Source: Cyanobacteria bacterium J06626_4 (lineage in GTDB: Bacteria > Cyanobacteriota > Cyanobacteriia > Phormidesmidales > Phormidesmidaceae). From it: 27,065 bases of DNA. Positions 1 to 8,409 of the stretch are shown here, piece by piece. Position 1 is the first letter of the stretch. Each line of letters starts with the position of its first letter. A model generated the notes under the pieces. The model was given only the letters and a program-made list of their open reading frames with translations, was not told the DNA's origin and made no database searches. The stretch is from NCBI GenBank assembly GCA_038523235.1, contig JBCBJQ010000080.1, positions 1-27,065 on the forward strand, written 5' to 3'. The position numbers and the translations under genes are program-made.

Positions 1-67
1 AAGGCAGGCCCTATCTGAGATTTGAGGATCTGATTAAAGCTTGAATTGGAAATCGCTTAATTGCACA

Positions 68-1642
68 TCACGTTACTGCGACAAAGAGCTGCAGTTGGCG
101 CTGAAGTACAGAAAGCAGATTATTCCGCTGATGCATGTGGAGGAAATCTCCCCCCAAACCTGGAAACGGCGCAACCCGAAAGGGACTGAAGCTGACTGGC
201 AAGCTTTTAAAGTAGCGGGCAAGCATTGTAGTTTCGACAACTTGAACGAAACGGCCAGAAAGCTCAACTGGGTGCCATTCTGGCCAGAGGACGATGTCAA
301 AACCTGGCTCCAGAATTTAGCGGCTCTGTTGCGTCAAGAGCAGGACTACGTGCAGCACCATACTCAGTTGCTATCTCAAGCACTAGATTGGGAATGCCAC
401 CACCGACAAACGCGATATCTGCTGGTAGGCACTGAGCGTCAGCAGGCTGAAACCTGGCTCGCCAGTCGCCTGACGGATGAAGCACTTCCCTATCCGTTGC
501 CACTACACTGCGAGTTCATTGCTGAGAGTATCAAGAATGCCAACAACCTGATGACTCAGGTGTTTCTCTGCCATTCGGACCGAGACCAAAACAGTGCTGA
601 GCAAATCCGTCAGTCTTTACTGCGGCGGGGCATTACGGTGTGGAACTACCGCACCGATATTCAAACCAGTCAAGACTATACCAGCGCCATTGCCCAAGGT
701 ATTGAAGAAGCGGACAACATCATCTTTATCCTGTCGCCGCATTCGGCTAATTCACCCTACTGTCAGCATGAATTAAAGCAGGCGTTGAGTTTGCACAAGC
801 GCGTGATTCCGGTGTTGGCTGCGCCCGTTGAGCCAGAGCAGGTGCCCGCGAGTTTGCGATCGCTGCAGTATATCGACCTGACGGATAACGTCGACGGGAT
901 CGATGACACGTCGGATGAAGCCGAACTGCTGAAGCGGCTCAATTACAAGTCGGATGAAAGCGAACTGTTGAAGCTGCTAGATAGCGACGCTGCCTACCAC
1001 ACCGAACATAAAACCTGGCTCACTCAGGCGCTGAAGTGGGAACGGCAACAGCACGAACCCGCAATGCTGCTGCGGGGTTATAACCTGCACCGCGCCGAAA
1101 CCTGGCTGAAGGTCGCCCGCACTCACTGCTATCCGCCCACTGAACTGCAGGCACAGTTCATTGCGGCCAGCCTGCGCCAGCCACCGAGCTTATCTTCTGA
1201 TGTCTTCATTTCGTACTCGCGGGTCGATTCGGACTTTGCCCGCAGGCTGAACGGGGCGTTGCAAGCTCAAGGCAAGCGTACCTGGTTTGATCAGGAGAGT
1301 ATTGCCAAGGGAACGGATTTTCAGCAGGAGATCTATCGCGGCATTGAAAGCTCTGGCATCATGCTGTTTGTGCTCTCGCCTCAGTCGATCAGCTCGCCCT
1401 ACTGCGCTGACGAGGTGGAATATGCGGCTCGCTTGAACAAGCGCATCGTGACGGTGCTGCATCGCCCGATTGATACTGACGATTTGCATCCGGTACTGGC
1501 AAACATTCAGTGGCTCGACTTCCGTGACCACGACGGTGATTTTCAGGTCAATTTTCAGCACTTGCTGCGGACGTTGGATACCGACCGAGCGCATTTGGAA
1601 GCCCATACTCGTCTATTGGGGCGGGCGCTGAAATGGGATTAG
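68..1642 (+). pseudogene. Multi-TIR domain protein (three TIR_2-like domains alternating with helical spacer repeats), truncated at both ends
   Basis: Repeated TIR motifs: SRYCDKEL..ALKYRKQIIPL (partial), VFLCHS..SPYCQHEL, VFISYSR..WFDQESI..SPYCADEV. Each is followed by a module like HT.LL..AL.WE...LL.G....AE.WL. The first TIR lacks its N-terminal half and the last spacer stops after ALKWD. The TTG at 41 in the ORF track is probably not a real start. Confidence 0.85.
910..978 (+). repeat. Imperfect in-frame tandem duplication, 39-bp period (SDEAELLKRL / SDESELLKLL)
   Basis: gtcggatgaagccgaactgctgaagcggct at 910-939 versus gtcggatgaaagcgaactgttgaagctgct at 949-978. Confidence 0.85.
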
Positions 1643-1770
1643 CGGTCAGTTACCAAATTGTGACTGAGAGACATGGCGGCAGATTAACCTGTCGTTCTTC
1701 GCTCGGTGAGGGGGCCGAGTTTATTATTCAAATTCCGGTTCGCGGAACAGTCGCCCGCGAAAGCGCATGA
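1633..1770 (+). pseudogene. C-terminal fragment of a histidine kinase HATPase_c domain
   Basis: Manual translation from 1633 gives MGLAVSYQIVTERHGGRLTCRSSLGEGAEFIIQIPVRGTVARESA*. This matches the tail of the G2 box (GxGLxxS..IV..HGG) and the terminal G.G..F.I..P strand of sensor kinases. It is too short to appear in the ORF track. Confidence 0.88.
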
Positions 1771-1815
1771 TGAACATGAGGTTGCTGATGTGTAGCACGA
1801 TCGCGCAAGTTCGCC

Positions 1816-2463
1816 TTAGCTAAAAACGCGAGGCTTGCAAGGCTTGCAGGGGCTGCCAAGGCAAATATAATCAGCGGGCAGATCAGTAAACACGCTGCTT
1901 CTCGCCCCGACCAGGCTATTGGCCCCTATCGTCACGTCAGGACCGATGAAGCAATTCGCCGCTATCCAAGCCCCATTTTCGATCACGATGGGGGCTACCT
2001 GCAGCCCAAAGGCTGGATCAGCAGGATTATGCGAGCCGGTGCAGAGATAGGTGTTTTGTGAGACGACGGTGTGGTTGCCAAGCCGAATCGGGCCCAGGCT
2101 GTAGAATTCCACGCCGCTGCCCACCCAGCTGTAGTCACCAATTTCAATTTTCCAAGGATAGTGAAACCGCGCTGAGGGGCGAATGACGACCCCGCGGCCA
2201 ATGCGCGCGCCAAACCAGCGCAACAACAGACGCCGAGGGGCATGGTGAGCATGTAGCGTGAGGGGAAAGACCACTGCCTGCACTAGCCACCATAGCAGTA
2301 CCCATGGCTTCGAGCGGCCCGGTGAGTACCAAGACTGGTCATACTGGCGTAAATCAATCCGTGCCGGGGCACCAATCCCTGACTGCCAGGGTTCGTCAGG
2401 GGTGGACTTTGCATCAGGCAACGGGGAAGGGTCAGACGGAGAACGGTCAGAAGAAGAAGCCAT
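1816..2463 (-). CDS. hpsU: WcaF-like hexapeptide-repeat acetyltransferase (HpsU-like, extracellular polysaccharide biosynthesis)
   Basis: DLRQYDQSWYSPGR N-terminus, LLRWFGARIG, YPWKIEIGDYSWVG and YLCTGSH, with left-handed beta-helix repeats. It lies downstream of two GT2 genes. The gene symbol is less certain than the family. Confidence 0.8.
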   Translation of the reverse strand: MASSSDRSPSDPSPLPDAKSTPDEPWQSGIGAPARIDLRQYDQSWYSPGRSKPWVLLWWLVQAVVFPLTLHAHHAPRRLLLRWFGARIGRGVVIRPSARFHYPWKIEIGDYSWVGSGVEFYSLGPIRLGNHTVVSQNTYLCTGSHNPADPAFGLQVAPIVIENGAWIAANCFIGPDVTIGANSLVGARSSVFTDLPADYICLGSPCKPCKPRVFS

Positions 2464-2471
2464 GACAACGG

Positions 2472-3431
2472 TTAGCTTTGCACATTGGCGGGTGCGATCG
2501 CGGGTGACTCATCAGTAGCCGTGGCAGCCGCGTCATCTTCACCTTTTTTGACGTTAAGCTGTCCGCCAAACTTTTGGAGTTCAAACAACTTGACGCCGAT
2601 TTGGTATTCATACTGGCTCAGCAGACGACCGTAGATATAGCCTGCCTGACCATCCAAAAACCCGAGGCGAATGAAATAAAACAGAATAAACCGGAGGAAT
2701 GGCTTGAAGGGTAAGCGCACCCAAATCTTTTTCAGAAACCGCTTACGCTGAACCGAGTCACCAAACAAATTTGCGCCGATGGTGCCATCTTCAGCCATAC
2801 CGTTGAGGATGTTGTAGTAAACCCGCGCCTCCCAGTTGGAATAGCGATTGTGGCGCTGTAGCCAGTGATAGAGGTCGCGGAAGTCGATATGCAGCATATC
2901 TTCTTTCAGATAGCCGACTTCACCCGTCTCCACAATGACGTGCTCATGCACTTCGTTGTCACCGGTGTTACGAATTTCTTCGGTATTGAGGTTCTCGTAG
3001 CGACCATTGGCGTGGCGAAATAGGCGCAGATTCCAATCGGGATATTTGCCGCCAAAACGAATCCATTTACCGAGGAAAAACACCCGGCGGTTGAGATAGT
3101 AGCCACTGTGGTCAGGCTTTTGAATGGCCTGCTCAATTTCGTCCCACAGTTCCTCCGTGATGCGCTCGTCGCAATCGACGATAAGCACCCAATCATTCTT
3201 AAAAGGCAGGTTATCGAGCGACCAGTTTTTCTTTTTGGGCCAGCGACCGTTGAAATGAAACTGCACCACTTGAGCGCCATACTCCTCAGAAATGGCGATC
3301 GACCGATCTTCGCTTTGCGAGTCCACCACAAATACTTCATCGGCGCGGGCTACGCTCTCTAGGCAGGCCGGGAGGTTGGACTCCTCATTTTTGGCAGGAA
3401 TGAGAACGGAAACGGGGATTTTAGAGGACAT
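2472..3431 (-). CDS. Glycosyltransferase family 2
   Basis: VSVLIPAKNEE, VVDSQSED, a DCDE DxD motif and EVHEH. Start placed at the ATG of MSSKIPV; the ORF track extends to 3476. Confidence 0.92.
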   Translation of the reverse strand: MSSKIPVSVLIPAKNEESNLPACLESVARADEVFVVDSQSEDRSIAISEEYGAQVVQFHFNGRWPKKKNWSLDNLPFKNDWVLIVDCDERITEELWDEIEQAIQKPDHSGYYLNRRVFFLGKWIRFGGKYPDWNLRLFRHANGRYENLNTEEIRNTGDNEVHEHVIVETGEVGYLKEDMLHIDFRDLYHWLQRHNRYSNWEARVYYNILNGMAEDGTIGANLFGDSVQRKRFLKKIWVRLPFKPFLRFILFYFIRLGFLDGQAGYIYGRLLSQYEYQIGVKLFELQKFGGQLNVKKGEDDAAATATDESPAIAPANVQS

Positions 3432-3533
3432 AGCAGATTTTGAAGTAGTTAGGATAGGGGTTGAACAAATAGCCACCGGGTGGCAGTCAATTTAGGGAAC
3501 CGATAGCGCCTGAGCCCATGCCAGCGAGCCTGC

Positions 3534-4460
3534 CTAGCCTGAGGCTGGGCGCAACAAACCGCGAATAGCACTGATAAGATACCCAACTTGACCGTAGGCA
3601 TAGAGCATGTTTTCAAACCGCTGAGCCGGATCGGGCAGGTATTTGACCGTTTTGTAGAGACCGCGAATCAATCGCTCTCCCCCTGACTGCAGCTGCTTCC
3701 AGCCCGAACGACCGGCCACTCGTTCGCGGTAACACTCACTAATGCCTTGCCACCAGCTACGACGGATAAACCAGGTCGGGGCCAGTCGGCTCGGGGCGAC
3801 GTTGTGGGCCACTAAGGCATCGGGTAAATAGGCAACACGGTAACCCATGTTTAGCGCCTTTTCGGTCATGTAAAGCTCTTCGTTTGACAGCAGGTTTTTG
3901 CCGACGCGGCCCAAGTTGACGTCAAAGCCGCCGATTTTTTCGAGAAAATCAGCGGTGATGGAGTAGTTGAGGCCTCTCGGGGTCAGTCCCGGCTGCTCGA
4001 TGTAGACGATCTCATTCCCAAGGTCATAAGCGCCCAAGTTGCCCGTCATCCCCGTTGAAATCCAGTTCGGTGGGGTACAGTTGGGGGGCCAGATCAGCGT
4101 CACCTTGCCGCCGGCGATCGCCACCGTGGTGTCCTGCTCGTAAATCTGGGCCAGAGCCGTCAACCAGCCGCCGCTCGCTTCGGCATCGTCGTCTAGGTAA
4201 GCGAGAATTTCACCTTTGGCTACTGCCGCGCCGGCATTGCGCGCGACAGAGAGGCCGAGGTTGGCCTCATAGACGTACTGTAGCCGGGGATGGGGCAGGC
4301 GGGCTTCAACAATGGCCCGAGTGCTGTCGGTAGAAGCATTGTCCACCACGATCACTTCGTAGTCGGCAAAATCTTGCTCAAGCAAACTGTCGATCGCCGC
4401 GCCGAGATAATCTTCGCGGTTGTGCGTACAGATAATGGCTGAGATCCGAGTCGGGGGCAT
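3534..4460 (-). CDS. Glycosyltransferase family 2
   Basis: ISAIICTHNR, VVDNASTD, GLSVARNAG and YLDDD. The ATG at 4460 is preceded by a GAGGAG ribosome binding site. Confidence 0.92.
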   Translation of the reverse strand: MPPTRISAIICTHNREDYLGAAIDSLLEQDFADYEVIVVDNASTDSTRAIVEARLPHPRLQYVYEANLGLSVARNAGAAVAKGEILAYLDDDAEASGGWLTALAQIYEQDTTVAIAGGKVTLIWPPNCTPPNWISTGMTGNLGAYDLGNEIVYIEQPGLTPRGLNYSITADFLEKIGGFDVNLGRVGKNLLSNEELYMTEKALNMGYRVAYLPDALVAHNVAPSRLAPTWFIRRSWWQGISECYRERVAGRSGWKQLQSGGERLIRGLYKTVKYLPDPAQRFENMLYAYGQVGYLISAIRGLLRPASG

Positions 4461-4623
4461 AGGGTGGTTACTCCTCTCGCTCAAAAGCGGGTCGGCTCGC
4501 CTTAAGCATTCCCGTTGCTGCTGGCATTCTCTTCAATGACGACGAATTCGGTCGGTCTTGTGCCCGAAGATTCACGGTAAATTAATATCCGTTGGATAAC
4601 CAATTCTTCCTCGCAGGTGATGG

Positions 4624-5316
4624 ATGGATAGCTATCGCGCTTACTCAGAGTTGCCCCAGGTTGATTTGGCACCCCTCATCGACCATTCTCTCTTGATTCC
4701 CACTGCGACACCCGAGCAAGTGATGCATTGGTGTCGGGAGTGCGATCGCTACCGATTTGCGGCAGTCTGCATCGCGCCGACCCACGTGGCCCTTGCCCGC
4801 GAGCAGTTGCAGGGCAAAGGCGTGGCCATCTGTACGGTGATTGGCTTTCCCACCGGAGCCACGACCGCCGCCAGCAAACTTTACGAAGCCCAGGATGCGG
4901 TGGAGCAAGGGGCGACGGAATTGGATGTCGTGATCAACCTAGGCTGGCTCAAATCGGGGCAGCATGACCGCCTGCATCGTGAAATTGCGGAAATTTGCGA
5001 AGCTACCGGCACCCTAGTCAAAACAATCTTGGAAACGAGTTTGTTGACGCCCAAAGAGATCAAAATTGCCGCTGATATTTGTTTAGATGCGGGTGCCAGC
5101 TTTCTCAAAACCAGCACCGGTTGGCAAGGGGGCGCTACAGTCGAAGCGGTGCGCCAACTGCGCGAAATCGGTCACGGTCAGGTGGGCATTAAAGCCTCGG
5201 GGGGGATTCGCACCGCTGAGCAGGCGCTACAACTCGTGCAGGCGGGGGCCACCCGCATTGGCACCTCACGAGGGCCAGAATTGGTGCAGCAGCAGGCCGC
5301 CCTGGCGGAGCGGTAG
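4624..5316 (+). CDS. deoC: Deoxyribose-phosphate aldolase
   Basis: IDHSLL, VIGFPTG, ELDVVIN, FLKTSTG (Schiff-base Lys), IKASGGIR and RIGTS. Confidence 0.97.
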   Translation: MDSYRAYSELPQVDLAPLIDHSLLIPTATPEQVMHWCRECDRYRFAAVCIAPTHVALAREQLQGKGVAICTVIGFPTGATTAASKLYEAQDAVEQGATELDVVINLGWLKSGQHDRLHREIAEICEATGTLVKTILETSLLTPKEIKIAADICLDAGASFLKTSTGWQGGATVEAVRQLREIGHGQVGIKASGGIRTAEQALQLVQAGATRIGTSRGPELVQQQAALAER

Positions 5317-5737
5317 AGTCCACTTCAGCGCTCAGTCAGATTGCTCTCAATGCCTACATTTGCCGTCTTGTTCAGCTTGGCAGACCCGTAGTTTGTTTCG
5401 ACATTCGGTGTCGATCACGGTCATGTTGATATGGCCAAAACGTTCCTCCAACTGGGTGCTAAAAGCTGAATGCCGACAAAGTTTATAGATTTGCCGAACC
5501 GCCCAGGCGAGGATGAGAGAACCTGCAGTAGAATTTTGGCGCATTGACGTGATCACTCCACGACATCAGTCAGCGACCTCGGCGAGAGCGATTGCTGGTG
5601 ACAGGTGAGAGTCTCTAATCGCTTGATCCGAGTGATCGACCTTGACGCCCTCCAGTCAGTTTCAGACGCTGCCAGTCCGATCGCTGACACCAGACTGGCG
5701 GCAGTTTTGCTTACTTCGCGCGGTTAATCCACACATA

Positions 5738-7900
5738 ATGGCTCAGCAGGTGCTCTACGTCGATCCCGCTCAGGGACAGGACAATCGCGATGGGCGATCG
5801 GCCAATCAACCCCTCAAAACCATTACTGCCGCATTACGGCTGAGTCAGGGTGACACGCAGATACAGCTCCAAGCTGGGCTCTACACCGCCAACAGTGGTG
5901 AACAGTTTCCCTTAGTCATTCCGTCAGGATGTGAACTGGTGGGGCAGCCAGGGGGCGGGCGGCCTACGGCGATCGTGCAGGGCAGTGGTCCGGCGCAGCA
6001 TCCGGTGCTGGGTAGCCAGGTCGCCGCCAGCGTGTTGCAAGATGGGGCCAAGCTCAACCAGGTAACCATCATCAACACCCAGGCGCAGGGCATCGGCCTG
6101 TTACTCGCCGAGGGCCGCCCTCAATTGGCCGGGGTGGTCGTGATGAAATGTCCGCAATATGGCGCCGTGACGCTGGGTACAGCGCTGCCCTTGGTTCAAG
6201 ACTGTGTGTTTGAAGACTGCGGGACGGCGATCGCCTGGTTTACCCAGAGCAAGGGCCAGTTTGAACGGGTCTTTTGTCAAAAAAATCAGACGGCTCTGTT
6301 GATTCAAGATTCCGCCGCGCCGCTGATTCTATCCTGCGGCTTAGAACGCAATGTGACCGGCATCGCGATCGCCGATACCGCCAACCCGGTGTTACGCAAC
6401 AATCGGATTCGGCAAAATCAGACCGTAGGCCTGACGCTGACGGGCCAAGCCACCGCCGATTTTGGCCAAGCTGAAGACCTCGGCAATAATACTGTGCGCC
6501 TCAATGGCTCGATGGATATTCAAAATAACAGCGGGCGATCGCTGGTCTCCTGCGGGAATGACGTGTTGCCCCAACGAATTCAAGGTCAGGTTGACCTCAT
6601 TGCCAGCGCCCGACCCGACCCCGCAGCAGTGCCTCCGATATTGTTTGATCAACCCACAAGTTGGGCCGCTGGCGAGTCGGTTGAGCCCGGCTCGCCAGCG
6701 GCTTCGGAGTCGCCGCCGCCCCAAGGGTCTATCCAATTCAGCGATATGGCGCGACACTGGGCTGGGCCTTTTGTCGATGGTTTGGCCCAGGTGGGAACAG
6801 TCGCAGGCTTTACTGATGGCACCTTTCGGCCAGAACGATCGCTCACCCGCGCCGAGTTTGCAGCCTTTATCGTTGCCAACTTCCCCGATGTACCCGAGCA
6901 AACCGTGCTCCAGCGCTTTGCCGACGTCTCCCCCAACTTTTGGGCCTATACAGCGCTGTCTCAAGCACAGCGTATGGGGTTTCTCAGCGGTTTTCCAGAC
7001 GGCACCCTACGGCCCAATGAGCCGATCACGCGGATTCAAGCTATCGTGGCGGTGACCAACGGCCTCCAATTCACGGGTGGCCGGGTGGATGATGTGGGCA
7101 TTTATCGCGATCGCGCGCAGATTCCTAGCTATGCTGTCGATGCCCTCTCAACTGCAACCCGCCATCGGCTTGTAGTTAATTATCCTGACCCGATACAGCT
7201 GCGACCATTAGAAACGATGACTCGCGGGGCCGCTTCGGCATTGATTTATCAAGGACGAGTCGCGGTTGGTGCGTCCACCGCGATCGCCTCGCCTTACATC
7301 GTTCGACCCGACACAACGCAGCCGCTGTTTAGGGACCTGACAGCACACTGGGCCCGCGATTTTATTCAAGGGTTGGCCGCCGTCAACCTGGTTACGGGCC
7401 TGCAAGACGGTCGCTTTGCCCCCGACGATGCCATCACTCGCGCTCAGTTTGCCACCCTTGTCGTCAAAGCGTTTCAGCCGGCACCTGTCAAATCAGCGCA
7501 GCAGTTTCAAGACGTGCCATCCGACTACTGGGCGGCCTCAGCCATTCAACAAGCCTACCGGGGTGAATTTATGGCAGGCTTTCCTGATTTCACTTTCGCC
7601 CCCGAACATCCCCTGTTGCGGGTGCAAACCTGGGTGGCTCTCGTCAACGGCCTCGATTGGGCCACTCTTTCCACCGACGAGTTAGTACTCAGTCCCTTTA
7701 CCGATGCCTCAACAGTGCCGCGCTATGGCTTACAACAAACTTCAGTGGCCATCACGCAGCATTTAATTGCGAACTATCCCGACCGGCAGGCTCTGCGCCC
7801 TAACCAGGTCACTACCAGGGCTGAGGTTTGTGTGGCGACTTACCAAGCTCTGGTGGCGCTACAGCGCTTGCCCGCGATCGCCTCGACGTATGTGGTTTAG
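5738..7900 (+). CDS. DUF1565 / right-handed beta-helix protein with two sets of S-layer homology (SLH) repeats
   Basis: LYVDP..G.D....P.KTITAAL..GEQFPL N-terminus, then beta-helix repeats, then SLH motifs (FSDM..HWA, GFTDGTFRP..TRAEFA, GFPDGTLRPN, FRDL..HWA, GFPDFTFAP). The ATG at 5738 is preferred over the TTG at 5642. Confidence 0.88.
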   Translation: MAQQVLYVDPAQGQDNRDGRSANQPLKTITAALRLSQGDTQIQLQAGLYTANSGEQFPLVIPSGCELVGQPGGGRPTAIVQGSGPAQHPVLGSQVAASVLQDGAKLNQVTIINTQAQGIGLLLAEGRPQLAGVVVMKCPQYGAVTLGTALPLVQDCVFEDCGTAIAWFTQSKGQFERVFCQKNQTALLIQDSAAPLILSCGLERNVTGIAIADTANPVLRNNRIRQNQTVGLTLTGQATADFGQAEDLGNNTVRLNGSMDIQNNSGRSLVSCGNDVLPQRIQGQVDLIASARPDPAAVPPILFDQPTSWAAGESVEPGSPAASESPPPQGSIQFSDMARHWAGPFVDGLAQVGTVAGFTDGTFRPERSLTRAEFAAFIVANFPDVPEQTVLQRFADVSPNFWAYTALSQAQRMGFLSGFPDGTLRPNEPITRIQAIVAVTNGLQFTGGRVDDVGIYRDRAQIPSYAVDALSTATRHRLVVNYPDPIQLRPLETMTRGAASALIYQGRVAVGASTAIASPYIVRPDTTQPLFRDLTAHWARDFIQGLAAVNLVTGLQDGRFAPDDAITRAQFATLVVKAFQPAPVKSAQQFQDVPSDYWAASAIQQAYRGEFMAGFPDFTFAPEHPLLRVQTWVALVNGLDWATLSTDELVLSPFTDASTVPRYGLQQTSVAITQHLIANYPDRQALRPNQVTTRAEVCVATYQALVALQRLPAIASTYVV

Positions 7901-8095
7901 AGGGGGTTGGAAAAGTGCGCTGGCCGATGTTTGGCGACCTGAACCTTCTAAACAGCCACAGCAGCAATGGGGTTTTCAGCCCTTGGCTCAATAACCTGGG
8001 GTGGTCTTGTTCCTTTTGCCGGCTCGTGGCGTGAGTCAGAGCCGACCGAGGGAAGTAAAACAACCTGACAGCAGGGTATGTTTCAAGTTCGAGAA

Positions 8096-8311
8096 TTAGG
8101 CCAACAGATCGTTGACCAAGTCATCTGTACTGCGCTCAATGCCCCAGGTTTCCTTCAAAATATCTCGAAAAGAATTGGTCTGATAGATCATGGCTTCTCG
8201 CAGATGCACCAGCAACGCCTGAGCATCGGCCTGAGACAGCTGATGAACCTCTTCCTCAAACACTCGCAGCTCAAACTGCTGCTCAAGGGAAAGCTCTTGA
8301 CGAATGTTCAT
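8096..8311 (-). CDS. nblA: Phycobilisome degradation protein NblA
   Basis: ELSLEQQFELRVF....LS...AQ..L.......I....F..IL...WG signature. An AAGGA ribosome binding site lies upstream of the ATG at 8311. Confidence 0.92.
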   Translation of the reverse strand: MNIRQELSLEQQFELRVFEEEVHQLSQADAQALLVHLREAMIYQTNSFRDILKETWGIERSTDDLVNDLLA

Positions 8312-8409
8312 AGTGAGTTCCTTTGCCAAAGTAACGTCGTTACAAATATTAACTTAACATTAATTTATGTTGACTGGCAAAGCGGTGTGGGTACGGCTTT
8401 GGTACGGTT

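Noticed and set aside
41..67. TTG start for the TIR ORF
   Set aside because: There is no RBS, the encoded residues have no TIR similarity, and the start would fall in the middle of a domain.
1625..1645. Programmed -1 frameshift joining TIR to the kinase tail
   Set aside because: There is no slippery heptamer, and the product would lack HisKA and most of the ATPase domain. A deletion is the simpler explanation.
1646..1667. Imperfect inverted repeat tcagttac..gtgactga as a terminator or MITE end after the TIR stop
   Set aside because: It lies inside the histidine-kinase fragment (SYQIVTE), so coding origin explains it better.
5347..5556. 69-aa minus-strand ORF, and an ankyrin-like phrase (VDHGHVDMAKTFLQLGA) on the plus strand
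   Set aside because: No recognisable family for the ORF. The plus-strand phrase is short and bounded by stops, so neither can be supported without a search.
8331..8343. Canonical NtcA site at nblA
   Set aside because: The spacing is N7, not N8. It is kept only as an unexplained palindrome.
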